A stretch of DNA of 63,410 nucleotides, counting the filler, from Octopus bimaculoides (lineage: Eukaryota): NCBI RefSeq assembly GCF_001194135.2. It is 5 parts of 5 records of this genome, joined end to end, with 100 filler letters (N's around TTAATTAATTAA, not from the genome) between each part and the next. Parts side by side here need not be neighbours in the genome. Positions count along the whole stretch, not along the records: positions 60,963 to 63,410 come from NC_068992.1; 4 more parts are not named here. The stretch is one strand, 5' to 3'. The notes beneath the pieces are model-generated. The model was not told the DNA's origin and searched no databases. It saw only the letters and a program-made list of their open reading frames with translations. The position numbers and the translations under genes were made by a program. Shown piece by piece: positions 63,284 to 63,410 of this stretch. The number at the start of each line of letters is the position of its first letter. The stretch's first letter is position 1.

Positions 63284-63410
63284 TACACAAACATGAAAGA
63301 GGGGAACGAACACACGGACAGCCATCAGCCATTAAAAACGCATATATTACAAACGAATTTAAGCCTCAAGGAAAAGATGACAGTATGTGCAATCATACAC
63401 ACACACACAC

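Overview
Eukaryotic, AT-rich, microsatellite-saturated DNA with many N gaps. The SINE families and repeat density resemble an Octopus-type (coleoid cephalopod) genome; this is inference from recalled repeat families, not a search. Almost all ORFs in the track are artefacts of simple repeats or N runs. One minus-strand host gene is evident: a secure 560-nt exon (42738-42179; disordered, PPPVPAKP motif) plus several small phase-compatible upstream exons that would encode a CARD/death-fold-like region. Its downstream exons were not securely found. The rest is decayed mobile DNA: two abundant tRNA-headed SINE families, Tx1/L1, RTE and CRE LINE fragments, Penelope-like elements, mariner/Tc1/DD37D elements and MITEs, a Helitron fragment, and a both-ends-intact Chapaev3-like transposon with a TAA target duplication. 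The most interesting signal is a Penelope element (50.0-52.3 kb) whose ~290-bp inverted terminal arms each carry a minimal hammerhead-ribozyme motif, with further degenerate hammerhead-like motifs elsewhere in the window. Repeat boundaries are read by eye (about +/-10 bp). Exon boundaries and ribozyme coordinates were counted base by base. Family names come from recalled motifs and need database confirmation.
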